Source of the DNA: Vampirovibrionales bacterium
GTDB taxonomy: Bacteria > Cyanobacteriota > Vampirovibrionia > Vampirovibrionales > Vampirovibrionaceae
Reading direction: 5' to 3'
DNA: 64,000 bases
NCBI GenBank assembly: GCA_035285165.1
Contig: JAYKHP010000027.1
Span: 10,169-74,168, forward strand
The notes beneath the pieces were generated by a model, which had not been told where the DNA came from, did not search any database, and worked only from the letters and a program-made list of their open reading frames with translations. This document shows positions 8,947 to 19,251 of this stretch, one piece after another. Made by a program: the position numbers and the translations under genes. Every line of letters begins with the position of its first letter. Position 1 is the stretch's first letter.

Positions 8947-10318
8947 AAGTTGCGGAAGTCGTTTCTTTTGTAACCGAAGTAATCGTAGCGTAAACGATAG
9001 TGTTTGGCTTCAACGGCACCGAATTATCCAAATCCACATGCAAATAATTGGCGCTTGTCCCGGCTAGACCCGAATCTTCAACGAGAATGGCGAGTTGCTT
9101 TCCCAAAAACCGTTGCCGGTAGGCCATACTTTTTTCGTCTGATAAAGCTCTCAGACGCTTGGCACGCGCCTTCTTTTCCCGCTCAGGCACCTGATCGCCA
9201 AAACCAGCCGCAGGCGTCCCCTTACGTTTGGAGTAGCTAAACACGTGGAAGTAATTCATCTTACAGCGCTTAAGATTTTCAAACGTCGTTTCAAAGCTTT
9301 CAGATGTTTCCCCTGGAAAACCCACGATAATGTCGGATCCCACCGAAGCATCCGGAATTTTCTCAGCAATATAGTCGCAAACGGTCATCATCTCATCCAC
9401 ATGATGGCGGCGTGCCATACGTTTTAAGACACTATCCTCGGCACTCTGGGCAGACAGGTGAAAATGCGGGCAGATTTTTCCCAGTGCAACGCCTTCAGCC
9501 ACAACGTCCACAAGCTTCTGGCTCACTTCAAGCGGGTCAAGCGAAGTAAGCCTGAGCCTAAACGCGTGCGGAATCTGTATCAATTCGGCCAGCAGGTCGG
9601 CCAGGTCTTTTTTCTGTCCATTGGCGCCGACATCCTCATACTGGCCAATGTTAATACCCGTCAAACCGACCTCTTTAAAGGCCTCCTGGCCCAGCAGGGC
9701 GTTATAATCCGGATCGATCATCTGAATAAGGCTGGCCTTGATATCCTCAACTGGCAGGCTTCGGCTAAGGCCACGGGCCTCCCAGATAATGCAATAGGTG
9801 CACTTATAATCGCAGCCATCCTGTATTTTCAGGCTGCCACGGGTTCTTTCGGGTGCCGCCTTGGAAGCCCCTTCAAGAATACGGCTTTTATCGATTTCAG
9901 ACACCTGAATGACTGGCTTTTCAGGAGCTGGCGTCTGTTCAACGATATCAAGAATCCGGTCTTTGAAGTTATTGCCCACCACGTAGTGAACGCCGGGCTG
10001 AGCGGCAAGCTCTTCCGGGGCAATCTGGGCAAAACAGCCGGTGGCAAGCACCTGGGCGTTCGGGCTTGAAAGCCTTGCCCGCCGAATAATACGCTTAGAC
10101 TCGTTATCCGCCCGCTCTGTTACCGTGCAGGTGTTGATCACGTATAGCGAAGCAGCCTCATCAAACGGAACCACTCTCCATCCACCCGCAGCAAAACGCT
10201 CGGCAAGGGTAGAGGTCTCCAACTGGTTTGTTTTGCAGCCAAGCGTGTAAAACGCGACGCTACGCCTGAGAGGACGAGCGTCAGGGGAATTGTCTTGGAC
10301 TGAAGGGAGTATCGGCAT
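8894..10318 (-). CDS. mtaB: tRNA t6A methylthiotransferase MtaB
   Basis: TLGCKTNQ, INTCTVT, radical-SAM CDYKCTYC, DIIVGFPGET and HVFSYSKRKGT motifs. Confidence 0.93.
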   Translation of the reverse strand: MPILPSVQDNSPDARPLRRSVAFYTLGCKTNQLETSTLAERFAAGGWRVVPFDEAASLYVINTCTVTERADNESKRIIRRARLSSPNAQVLATGCFAQIAPEELAAQPGVHYVVGNNFKDRILDIVEQTPAPEKPVIQVSEIDKSRILEGASKAAPERTRGSLKIQDGCDYKCTYCIIWEARGLSRSLPVEDIKASLIQMIDPDYNALLGQEAFKEVGLTGINIGQYEDVGANGQKKDLADLLAELIQIPHAFRLRLTSLDPLEVSQKLVDVVAEGVALGKICPHFHLSAQSAEDSVLKRMARRHHVDEMMTVCDYIAEKIPDASVGSDIIVGFPGETSESFETTFENLKRCKMNYFHVFSYSKRKGTPAAGFGDQVPEREKKARAKRLRALSDEKSMAYRQRFLGKQLAILVEDSGLAGTSANYLHVDLDNSVPLKPNTIVYATITSVTKETTSATCHSRESRNPPSYSRKLS

Positions 10319-10862
10319 TGCGTCGGGTTATCGGCGGTTTAGACAGGCGCTTATGAATGGCTTTTTTACAGATTACGCCGTCTTGTCGTTTTCATTCTCC
10401 CTAATCCGCCACCAGGCTTCAAGTCCCGCATACGCTTCAGATTGTTAATTTTTTTGTTTATTTACTAGGATGGCCCGACACTTGCCACTGTCAGTAGTTT
10501 TACTGATATAAGCCTAGGGTGACCCCTTACAAGAATGCTTTTGTAACGAAAAAACACTACAAAAGGATGTAAGATTTGTATATAAAATGCTCTACTCAGG
10601 CGCAATTTTTACCGCGACGGTGTTTTTATTCTGTATATACCATGTGCGCAAAATGGTGAAAACTGTGGTAAGCAAAGTATTTCCTATTGATATTGCGCAC
10701 AAGGAACCATCCAGAAAAAGATAGCCACTGTATCGTCCTGTGGATCATCAATGCGTTACATCCACCAAGCGTGTAGTTCAGTTTGATAATTAGCAACGAA
10801 AGAAACGAAGCGGCTTAAGAACGCCTGTTCTAACAGCCTGAGAAAGAGGAGAGAACCCGTCC

Positions 10863-11054
10863 ATGGCCAAAGTATTAATTTCGATGCGTGAAGATTTCCT
10901 TCAAATGGTAGATGAACTGGCACAACAAGAGCATCGCTCCAGAAGCGAACTGATTCGCCAGGCCTTACGCGACTATACCCGCAACCATCCGCATGCGGCA
11001 GTCAACGCGGCCCTGATCGAATCCATGGTTCTTGATGAGGACGACCTGCTTTAA
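10863..11054 (+). CDS. CopG-family ribbon-helix-helix protein 1
   Basis: KVLISM...VDELA...RSRSELIRQAL; SD GAGGAG. Confidence 0.9.
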   Translation: MAKVLISMREDFLQMVDELAQQEHRSRSELIRQALRDYTRNHPHAAVNAALIESMVLDEDDLL

Positions 11055-11176
11055 TCCAAGGTCGTTTTAACCTGAAGTGAACCATCATTTTTCACACTTT
11101 AAATTTTCAGACTTTAAATTTTTAACAATGACTTTCAGAGGAAGATTGAGGACACATAACGTAAGGATTTAGACCC

Positions 11177-11344
11177 ATGGCAAAAAGTACACGCGTACTC
11201 ATCTCATTGCCGGAGAAATTTCTTGAGGAAATTGACAAGCTGGCCGATGATGAGCAACGCTCCAGAAGCGAGTTGATTCGCGAAGCCCTTAGAAACTACA
11301 TCAAGACCAACAACGCGCCCGGCTCGAAGCATCTGCTCGATTAA
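11177..11344 (+). CDS. CopG-family ribbon-helix-helix protein 2 (55 aa)
   Basis: Hand translation MAKSTRVLISLPEKFLEEIDKLADDEQRSRSELIREALRNYIKTNNAPGSKHLLD*; SD AAGGA; missed by the track. Confidence 0.9.
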   Translation: MAKSTRVLISLPEKFLEEIDKLADDEQRSRSELIREALRNYIKTNNAPGSKHLLD

Positions 11345-11428
11345 TGGCGTAAACACTTGGTCTATGCCTGAATTCCGCTTGCGTTGCAGCGTATCGTAAT
11401 GCGTTGCAAGGCTCTGGCTAGCCAGGCG

Positions 11429-12961
11429 TTAATTGCGTATCCGGTTAAATAATTTCTTACCTGACTCTGCCAGGGGTTCCCTGGGTCTTTGGGTCGCGTC
11501 CCGCAGTCTAGGTTTTTCATCGGTCGTATCTGTATTATGTACGCCCGTTTCGCCACTGTCAGCGTAACCCGCAGGCTTCATTGCCGTGTCGGAAGGTAGT
11601 GCCTGAAGCTCGGGCGAAGCTGGTTGCGCAGCGTCGTCTTTCGCCAGGCGTCCCTGTACGGCCGTATCCACGTGCTCATCCATATAGACCGCCTTGGGCA
11701 AAACCAGCATTGCCTCCTTACTCAGGAAGGAGGAATTTTCACTGAAGACCCGCAACGCGTCCGAATCGGCGTAGACCGATGGGGTTACGTTATTAAAGCG
11801 GTCTGCACGAAGGGAACGATGCCAATTGAAACGCCAGATTCTGGGCATTGTAGGGTCTTCAGTGTCAAACGCCTGGATATGTCCCCGGACATAGTATTTC
11901 ATGTGATCAGGCATTGAGCCGTCAAAGACGTTGCGAATGCGATCCACCGCACCGCCGAAACCCTTTGCGGCCATCGGCTCGTTGTTGTCGAGATCGGCTT
12001 CGACAAAGAAAACCCGGCTGATCGGCTCATCACTGCCAAGGCTCATGCGTTTGAGGAAATAATCCATCGTCACCGGATCCGGCCGGCCTGCGTAGAGATA
12101 GCTTTCCACCAGCTTTTGATAATCCCGATAAAGCCCCTGGCCTTTGAGGTTTTCAAGCGTGTAGAAGGGATTCAACACCCGGGTTCCAGGCGCCATTCCC
12201 TCAAGCCTTAAGGCAAACTCCCTGGCAAAGACGTTAACCACATCGGAGAACATATGGCTGTTGCCATGTTTGACCACTGGGAAAACGGCAATGGCAGGCA
12301 GTGGCGTATAGTAGACCACCGATTTGGGCGGTTTTTCCTTTTTACGATGTGCGGATTCAGCCGAGGCAGTCAAATTTTGATTTTGCGCTTGAGATTCAGC
12401 CGGTTTATATTCACTGGGTTTATATTCACTGGGCTTATATTCTAGGGACTGAAGGCCCGGCTCTAGTGAGGATTCGGCCATGGGCGCATCCGCGTTAATA
12501 TCAATGCGGGGGGAGGCCGCCAAAGAAACCGCCTGTGCAGAAGACTCGGCTTTCGTTTTGGCAGGCGCCGCAAAGCTGGATAAGCTGGGCAAAGCTTCCG
12601 GGCTAAGCGGCTGGGGAGAGGCCAGTTTCAACGGCTTGTTATCAGAATTGACCGCCTGAATTGCCCTATCACTTTTAAGCTTAAGGGCAGGCTGATGGTT
12701 TTGTTTTTGTTGCTCAGGGCGACCTGTTTCCACTGAGGGATAAAGATCAGGACGCGCCATGGCATCCTGCAAACTGGTTAAGGGCGTCATCGTGGCAGCA
12801 TCATCCGATGGGCCTGAGGTCGGGGTGTAAATTTCAAGGTCGGCGGCATCACTGACGCTATAAATAGTCAGGCTTAAAAAGCAAGCCAGCAGGCATAGGC
12901 GCCAACAGCGACCGCCGTCCATGGGGATAGCATTAAATCTTATGGCATCGAACTTTTTCAT
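11429..12961 (-). CDS. Exported hypothetical protein with low-complexity N-half and possible CsgG/LpoB-like alpha/beta domain
   Basis: 510 aa; hydrophobic N-terminus; YKPSE repeats; 'IAVFP' strand followed by a helix. The fold call is tentative. Confidence 0.7.
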   Translation of the reverse strand: MKKFDAIRFNAIPMDGGRCWRLCLLACFLSLTIYSVSDAADLEIYTPTSGPSDDAATMTPLTSLQDAMARPDLYPSVETGRPEQQKQNHQPALKLKSDRAIQAVNSDNKPLKLASPQPLSPEALPSLSSFAAPAKTKAESSAQAVSLAASPRIDINADAPMAESSLEPGLQSLEYKPSEYKPSEYKPAESQAQNQNLTASAESAHRKKEKPPKSVVYYTPLPAIAVFPVVKHGNSHMFSDVVNVFAREFALRLEGMAPGTRVLNPFYTLENLKGQGLYRDYQKLVESYLYAGRPDPVTMDYFLKRMSLGSDEPISRVFFVEADLDNNEPMAAKGFGGAVDRIRNVFDGSMPDHMKYYVRGHIQAFDTEDPTMPRIWRFNWHRSLRADRFNNVTPSVYADSDALRVFSENSSFLSKEAMLVLPKAVYMDEHVDTAVQGRLAKDDAAQPASPELQALPSDTAMKPAGYADSGETGVHNTDTTDEKPRLRDATQRPREPLAESGKKLFNRIRN

Positions 12962-13172
12962 ATCGACAACACACCCGCTCTCAGCAGCAATCGCTGCTTC
13001 AACTTCTCTTTACTACAGACCTTAACTTGATTATGGGCCAGGGCTTGGCGGAAAATATCCTATGAACGGATGAATCTGGTTTTTATTAAAGCCCCAGGCT
13101 GTGGAACATCATTGCGATTTTCCCAAAACCGATTTTTTCCAACCTGAAACAGAGAAAGGCCCCTCTTTAAAG

Positions 13173-14501
13173 ATGATTGAGCGTTACACCCTTCCCGAAA
13201 TGGGTAGCTTATGGGCGCAGGAAGCCAAGTTTGAAACATGGCTTGAAGTGGAGCTTGCCGTTTTAAAGGTGCAGGAAGAGCGAGGCGATGTTCCCGAGGG
13301 CATCCACAAACACGTTCACGCGCGGGCAAAGTTCCTCATTTCTCGCATTGATGAAATTGAACTTGAGGTCAAGCACGACGTTATCGCCTTTTTGACCAAC
13401 GTGGCCGAGTACGTCGGAGATGAATCGCGTTACGTGCATATGGGCATGACCAGTTCTGATCTAATCGATACGGCCCTGTCGCTTCAAATCCAGCGCGCAG
13501 GCAAGCTGCTGCTTGAAAAACTGGCCACGCTTCGCCAGACGGTTTATCAAAAAGCCGTTGAGCATCAGCACACGGTGATGGTGGGGCGCTCCCACGGCAT
13601 TCACGGAGAACCCATCACCTTTGGCCTGAAGCTGTTGAACTGGGTGGATGAACTCGACAGGCAATACGAGCGCCTGAACGCTGCACTTGAAGAGAACCGA
13701 ATCGGCCAGGTGAGCGGGGCTATGGGCACCTACTCAAACGTCGATCCCGATGTGGAAGTGAGAACCTGTGAGCTTTTAGGACTCAAGCCCGCCAGAATCA
13801 GCACCCAAATCATTTCGCGCGACATCCACGCCAGTCTCTTCAGCGCGTTCGCCCTTCTGGTAAGCTCGCTTGAAAAATTCGCCACTGAAATCCGGGGCTT
13901 ACAGAAAACCGACATTTTAGAAGTGGAAGAAGGTTTCAGCAAGGGGCAAAAAGGATCTTCGGCGATGCCCCACAAAAGAAACCCGGTGGCTTCCGAAAAC
14001 ATTACGGGGCTTGCCCGACTGGTTCGCTCTTATGTGATGCCCGCCCTGGAGAATATCGCCCTTTGGCACGAGCGCGACATTAGCCATAGTTCTATAGAGC
14101 GAGTGATTTTTCCCGACGCCTTTATTACCCTTGACTACATGTTGCATCGCTTTAACGGTGTCATTGCCAATCTCGGCGTCCATCAAGACAATATGCGCCG
14201 CAATCTCTACCGCTATGGCGGCGTTATATTTTCACAACGCGTTCTGCTCACTTTGATTGAAAAAGGCAAACTAAGCCGGGAGACGGCCTACACGCTGGTG
14301 CAACGAAATGCGCATTCGGCATGGAACACGGAAGATGGCGACTTTAAGCGCAACCTGCTCAACGATCCTGAAGTCACCGCCGTTCTTGGCCCGTTAGAAA
14401 TTGATGCCTGCTTTGACACCTCGGACTATTTAAAGCATGTGGATGTGGTTTTTGAGCGCTTTGCCCAGACTAAAAAAGCCATTGCCACGAGCCGGAGCTA
14501 G
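13173..14501 (+). CDS. purB: Adenylosuccinate lyase
   Basis: MIERY start, HDVIAF, GRSHGIH and GSSAMPHKRNP motifs. Confidence 0.97.
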   Translation: MIERYTLPEMGSLWAQEAKFETWLEVELAVLKVQEERGDVPEGIHKHVHARAKFLISRIDEIELEVKHDVIAFLTNVAEYVGDESRYVHMGMTSSDLIDTALSLQIQRAGKLLLEKLATLRQTVYQKAVEHQHTVMVGRSHGIHGEPITFGLKLLNWVDELDRQYERLNAALEENRIGQVSGAMGTYSNVDPDVEVRTCELLGLKPARISTQIISRDIHASLFSAFALLVSSLEKFATEIRGLQKTDILEVEEGFSKGQKGSSAMPHKRNPVASENITGLARLVRSYVMPALENIALWHERDISHSSIERVIFPDAFITLDYMLHRFNGVIANLGVHQDNMRRNLYRYGGVIFSQRVLLTLIEKGKLSRETAYTLVQRNAHSAWNTEDGDFKRNLLNDPEVTAVLGPLEIDACFDTSDYLKHVDVVFERFAQTKKAIATSRS

Positions 14502-14566
14502 CACCCGTCATGTTTTTATAGGGACTTGTTTATCAGGATTACCCTTTACAACTGAGACTTTGGCTT

Positions 14567-15760
14567 ATGAACCCTTCGTTTTTTAGAGCGTATACGCTGG
14601 CACCCGTATCGGCTCTCAGCAATGATCTTTCGCCCTGGCTACCTTCCTTGTGGAATTTGGGAATCTGGCTGTTAGTGGGGCTTTTAGTCGATCTCGTCTT
14701 TTTAAGGCTCGTTTATAAGGCAGCCGAAAAGACGGCTTGGGAGCTTGACGATGCCATTATCCGCTGCTTTTTCGGCAAGACCTTCGCGTTTTTCGCGCTT
14801 TTTGGCATCGATACGGCCGTAGCCCTTCTGCCCCGTCTCACCCGGTTTGAAATTATCAGTTCGGCCAAGCCCATTGCCCATCAACTCATCGTCTCCATCG
14901 TCATTTTGCTTTTGGCCTGGCTTATCAGCGATATGGCCATTCGCTTCATCCAGCATCTGAACAAGCGTTTTGAATCGCTTCCATCCACCTCGATTTTTCA
15001 TAACATCATCCGAATCGGCATTATGTGTCTCGGCCTTCTGGTAATGCTCCAGACACTGGGCATTTCCGTCCTGCCCATCCTCACTGCCCTGGGTGTTGGC
15101 GGTTTGGCGATCTCATTGGCACTAAAAGACACGCTTGAAAATGTATTTGCGGGATTTCAGATTATTTTTTCAAAACAAATCCGCATTGGCGATTACGTTC
15201 GGCTGGATAATGGCGTTGAAGGTTACGCCGAAGATATTGGCTGGCGAAACAGCACCATTCGCCAATTCAACGAAAACCTGGTGATAATTCCCAACGCCAA
15301 GCTGGCAAGCGCCATTGTCACCAATTACAGCAGGCCAAATCTCGGGATGTTGATTACCCTGGAAGGTATTGTCCATTATCATAGCGATCTTCAGGAGGTT
15401 GAGTCGCTTATTCTTGAGGCGGCCCAGCGGGTGATTGACCGTGAAGAGATGGCCAACAAGTCTAAAAAACCCGTCGTCAGATTATTTCAGTTTACCGATT
15501 TAGGCGTTCGCTACCGCTTGCGGGTGGCCGTCAGCCACTACAAAAATGAATTTCCGCTCACGCACGTTTTGCTGCAGGAAGTTCATAAAACCCTCCATCA
15601 AGCGGGTATCGGATTTTCCAACATTGCCACCCCCGCGCCTTTGCCCCCACCACCCCACTGTCCCCAAGCAGACCCCCAACTGGATAAAGACGACGACGAT
15701 ACGCCTCCTGAAACGCCACTTAAAACAAATGCCGAAACCGGCAAAAAATCATCCAAATAG
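14567..15760 (+). CDS. mscS: Small-conductance mechanosensitive channel
   Basis: ALGVGGLAISLALKDTLENVFAG, IGDYV and IPNAKL motifs. Confidence 0.92.
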   Translation: MNPSFFRAYTLAPVSALSNDLSPWLPSLWNLGIWLLVGLLVDLVFLRLVYKAAEKTAWELDDAIIRCFFGKTFAFFALFGIDTAVALLPRLTRFEIISSAKPIAHQLIVSIVILLLAWLISDMAIRFIQHLNKRFESLPSTSIFHNIIRIGIMCLGLLVMLQTLGISVLPILTALGVGGLAISLALKDTLENVFAGFQIIFSKQIRIGDYVRLDNGVEGYAEDIGWRNSTIRQFNENLVIIPNAKLASAIVTNYSRPNLGMLITLEGIVHYHSDLQEVESLILEAAQRVIDREEMANKSKKPVVRLFQFTDLGVRYRLRVAVSHYKNEFPLTHVLLQEVHKTLHQAGIGFSNIATPAPLPPPPHCPQADPQLDKDDDDTPPETPLKTNAETGKKSSK

Positions 15761-15855
15761 CCTTAAAATCTGGTGTTTTTGGCCATAATGGCAACCGTCG
15801 GATGCTACAATAGATTTTCTATGACTGGCAAGAAAATTCACGTGAGAGCTCAATT

Positions 15856-18075
15856 TTGAGAATATACCCTGGACAGCCTTTTCCCTTGGGCGCCACCTGG
15901 GACGGGATGGGTGTCAATTTTGCGCTGTTTTCCGAATACGCGGAAAAAGTCGCACTCTGCCTGTTCCATTCGCCCGAGGATATGGAAGAATACATCAATA
16001 TTCCGATGACGGAATATACAGATCACGTCTGGCATCTTTACCTGCCCGATGTTCGGCCGGGACAAATCTACGGCTACCGTGTATACGGCCCTTACCAGCC
16101 TGAAAAAGGTCTGCGCTTCAATCCCGACAAGCTGCTGGTGGATCCTTACGCCAAAATCTTCGTGCGCCTCCCAAAATGGCATTCTTCGCTTTATGGCTAT
16201 ATCCCGCCATCACCGCGCACCAAGCCCGCCATTGCCGAACAGGCGGATTTGATAATCAACACGGAAAACAGCGCGCCCTACGCACCCCTGGCAGCCGTTG
16301 TGGATACGACCTTTTCCTGGGGGGACGACAAGCATCCCAAAACGCCATGGCATAAAACCGTTATCTATGAAGCCCATGTGAAGGGAATGACGCAGCACCA
16401 TCCGGGCGTTCCCGAAGAATTTCGAGGAACCTACGCCGGGCTTGCAAGCGAACCGGTCATCGAGCATTTAAAATCATTGGGCGTCACCGCTATCGAGTTA
16501 ATGCCTGTTCAGCAGCACGTGGACGATCACTTTTTAACCCAGAAAAATCTCGTCAATTACTGGGGATATAACACGCTGGGCTTTTTCGCGCCAGACTTGG
16601 CCTACTCGGTTCGGGGAAAGAAAGCCCATACCCATCACGCTGAAACTTCTTACCAGCAGAATATTTATGATGAACCTATTCACGAATTTAAAACGATGGT
16701 CAGGGCGATGCACGCCGCTGGCATTGAGGTGATTCTTGATGTCGTTTACAACCACACGGCTGAAGGCAACCATTTTGGCCCCAGTTTTTCGTTTAAAGGC
16801 ATCGACAACCTGGCCTACTACCGAAGCGTGAAGGATAATCCCCGCTATTACCAGGATTACACAGGCTGCGGGAACACCATCAACGTGAGTCACCCCAGGG
16901 TTATCCAGCTCATTATGGATAGCCTGCGCTACTGGGTGGAAGAAATGCACGTCGACGGTTTTCGTTTTGATCTGGCCGTGGCACTGGGCCGAGAGGAAGA
17001 GTCGGTCAGCCGGCTGGCGACCTTCTTTGATGTCATCCACCAGGATCCGGTACTTTCCAAGGTCAAGCTGATTGCAGAACCTTGGGATTTGGGTGAGGGT
17101 GGTTATCAGGTGGGAAACTTCCCCGTTCTGTGGACGGAATGGAACGGCGATTACCGCGATACACTCAGAAGTTTCTGGAAGGGCGATAACGGTATGGTCA
17201 GCCGTCTGGCCACAAGACTTTCAGGCAGCAGTGACTTATACGAGAACAACAAGCGAAACCCCCACGCCAGCATTAACTTTATTACCTGTCATGACGGCTT
17301 TACGCTGAGTGACTTGGTAAGCTACAACCAGAAACACAATGAAGCCAATCTTGAGAACAACGGTGATGGCGAAAACCATAATCGAAGCTGGAATATGGGC
17401 GCTGAAGGGCCGACAGACAACCCTGACATCCTGGCCTTAAGGGCTCGGCAGAAGCGTAACATGGTGGCGTCTCTGCTCTTTTCGCTGGGGGTTCCAATGA
17501 TCCTCGGTGGTGATGAGCTGGGACAAACCCGACATGGCAATAATAACGCGTACTGCCAAGACAATCAGCTTAACTGGCTTAATTGGCACCTCAAGAATGA
17601 AGACAAGGATTTTCTGACCTTCTTCAAGCGGGTGGTTGGCATCAGGAAAGAACACCCCGTCTTTCAGCGGCGAAAGTTTTTCGCGGGAAGACCTGTGCGC
17701 ATTCCAGGCACGGCGGAATTCAGCAAGGACATTGTCTGGTATCGCCCGGACGGGGAAGAAATGCGGATGCAGGACTGGGCGAATCCCAACCTGAAATGGC
17801 TTTCCGCATTGCTTGACGGGCAGAACATGAATGAAGTGGATGAGAAAGGTCACCCGATTAAGGATGACATCCTGATGCTGATGTTCAACGCAAGCGAAAA
17901 GTCCATCACCTTCAACCTCCCGTTACACCCCCTGGGCGGTTATTGGAAAGTATTACTGGACACGAAAGAGGAAGCGGACTTTAGCCCCAAGGACTTGGAT
18001 AAAACCGTTTCAAGCTACACACTTGAAAGCAGAAGCATGGCGCTACTGCAACTCCATTGTAGCTTTAAGACTTAA
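15856..18075 (+). CDS. glgX: Glycogen debranching enzyme
   Basis: PLGATWDG, NYWGY, DVVYNHT, DGFRFDLA, AEPWD, HDGFTL and NNNAYCQDN motifs. Confidence 0.97.
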   Translation: MRIYPGQPFPLGATWDGMGVNFALFSEYAEKVALCLFHSPEDMEEYINIPMTEYTDHVWHLYLPDVRPGQIYGYRVYGPYQPEKGLRFNPDKLLVDPYAKIFVRLPKWHSSLYGYIPPSPRTKPAIAEQADLIINTENSAPYAPLAAVVDTTFSWGDDKHPKTPWHKTVIYEAHVKGMTQHHPGVPEEFRGTYAGLASEPVIEHLKSLGVTAIELMPVQQHVDDHFLTQKNLVNYWGYNTLGFFAPDLAYSVRGKKAHTHHAETSYQQNIYDEPIHEFKTMVRAMHAAGIEVILDVVYNHTAEGNHFGPSFSFKGIDNLAYYRSVKDNPRYYQDYTGCGNTINVSHPRVIQLIMDSLRYWVEEMHVDGFRFDLAVALGREEESVSRLATFFDVIHQDPVLSKVKLIAEPWDLGEGGYQVGNFPVLWTEWNGDYRDTLRSFWKGDNGMVSRLATRLSGSSDLYENNKRNPHASINFITCHDGFTLSDLVSYNQKHNEANLENNGDGENHNRSWNMGAEGPTDNPDILALRARQKRNMVASLLFSLGVPMILGGDELGQTRHGNNNAYCQDNQLNWLNWHLKNEDKDFLTFFKRVVGIRKEHPVFQRRKFFAGRPVRIPGTAEFSKDIVWYRPDGEEMRMQDWANPNLKWLSALLDGQNMNEVDEKGHPIKDDILMLMFNASEKSITFNLPLHPLGGYWKVLLDTKEEADFSPKDLDKTVSSYTLESRSMALLQLHCSFKT

Positions 18076-18085
18076 ATAGATTTTC

Positions 18086-18871
18086 TTAACGCGTCTTCTT
18101 ATAAAACCCGAACTGAACCGGCTTGAAGCTGGAAAGCTCCTGCTCAAGCTCCCCTTTACTACGCTCAAGCTCTTCCAGGCGTTTTTTCAGGGACTCGTTC
18201 TCACTTTGAGAACGAATCAACTGCACCACCACTTCGTCCAATCCTGAAAGCTTGTCATCCAGCATTCGGGACAAGTCTTTAATAATGCCTTCCTTAACCT
18301 GACTTACGGTTTCAACCATCACGGTAAGACTATCGCGGGAAGGGTGCTGGCTTAAAGCCGAAAAACCGGTGCTTTGAGTCCCCTGCATGGCTGTTGCTTG
18401 GGATGTTGCCACTGAGGGAGAAATGGGGGTTGGCGAGATGTGCGCTGAAATAGGCTTCACCTCGGCTGAAGAGTAAGCGCTGCCGCCACGCGGGACGGAT
18501 TCGTAAGATTCAGTTCTCAGGTGCCCCCCGCCCTGTTGGTAAGCATAGCCTGACGGATCGTAACTTGCGGCTTCGGGATGCTCTGCTCCCGTATGAGCAA
18601 CGGAGGAGTGCGGGGTTGTTGGCGCAACCGAAAGACGGTTGGCGATTTCCTGGATGTCTTCACCGGCGCGCACCATTTCAACAGCCCGTTTTAGAACCTC
18701 GACATCGCGATGAAAGAAAATCAACTTGCCGCTTCGCTCGTCACGCTGCTGGGCAATACCAAGCAAACGCGCATAATGATTGACTTCCGTGTCGTTCAGA
18801 CTCAAAAGCTCACAGACATACCCAATCGTATAGGGGAATGTCTCGGTGGAAAATGTATTCAGCGTACTCAT
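18086..18871 (-). CDS. MerR-type HTH + disordered linker + coiled coil (RacA-like)
   Basis: N-terminal YTIGYVCELLSL...RDERSGKLIF..DVEVLK; C-terminal heptad coiled coil. Confidence 0.75.
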   Translation of the reverse strand: MSTLNTFSTETFPYTIGYVCELLSLNDTEVNHYARLLGIAQQRDERSGKLIFFHRDVEVLKRAVEMVRAGEDIQEIANRLSVAPTTPHSSVAHTGAEHPEAASYDPSGYAYQQGGGHLRTESYESVPRGGSAYSSAEVKPISAHISPTPISPSVATSQATAMQGTQSTGFSALSQHPSRDSLTVMVETVSQVKEGIIKDLSRMLDDKLSGLDEVVVQLIRSQSENESLKKRLEELERSKGELEQELSSFKPVQFGFYKKTR

Positions 18872-19076
18872 GAAAACTCAAACTGCCCTTCAAACGTGTT
18901 TACCGGTAACATCAATATGAAGCCTCAGTCTAGACTGTAGCATAAAACGCCTGCTCTAGCGATTGCTTATTATGAAGAAGCACTAAGCGCTCAGGGGAAA
19001 AGCTCATTTCTTTATCGGATTTTCCTGCCGCCGAGCGCTCATGAATCGACCAAACGCCGCATTCAGCCAAGCTTTG

Positions 19077-19085
19077 TGCTATAAT
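19077..19085 (+). promoter_or_regulatory. Extended -10 sigma70-type promoter of ftsH
   Basis: TGCTATAAT (TGnTATAAT) about 170 nt upstream of ftsH. Confidence 0.6.
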
Positions 19086-19251
19086 CAAGCAAAGCAAGGG
19101 AGGCCTTTTCACCAGTCTGCTTCAGGCTCGCCATACAATATAGCCAGAAGCATTTTCATACTCTCATTCTCAAGTTCTCGTAATGAATGGTTCTGGCCTG
19201 CCGTACAAACAGCATTCAATTTTTTATTTTTTTAGAAACACCTCTTGAACT

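Noticed and set aside
10405-10435. TTCAAGTCCC resembling a tRNA T-loop
   Set aside because: No cloverleaf or acceptor stem can be formed around it.
10863-11344. Type II toxin-antitoxin module
   Set aside because: Both ORFs are RHH proteins; there is no PemK/MazF, PIN or RelE-like gene adjacent.
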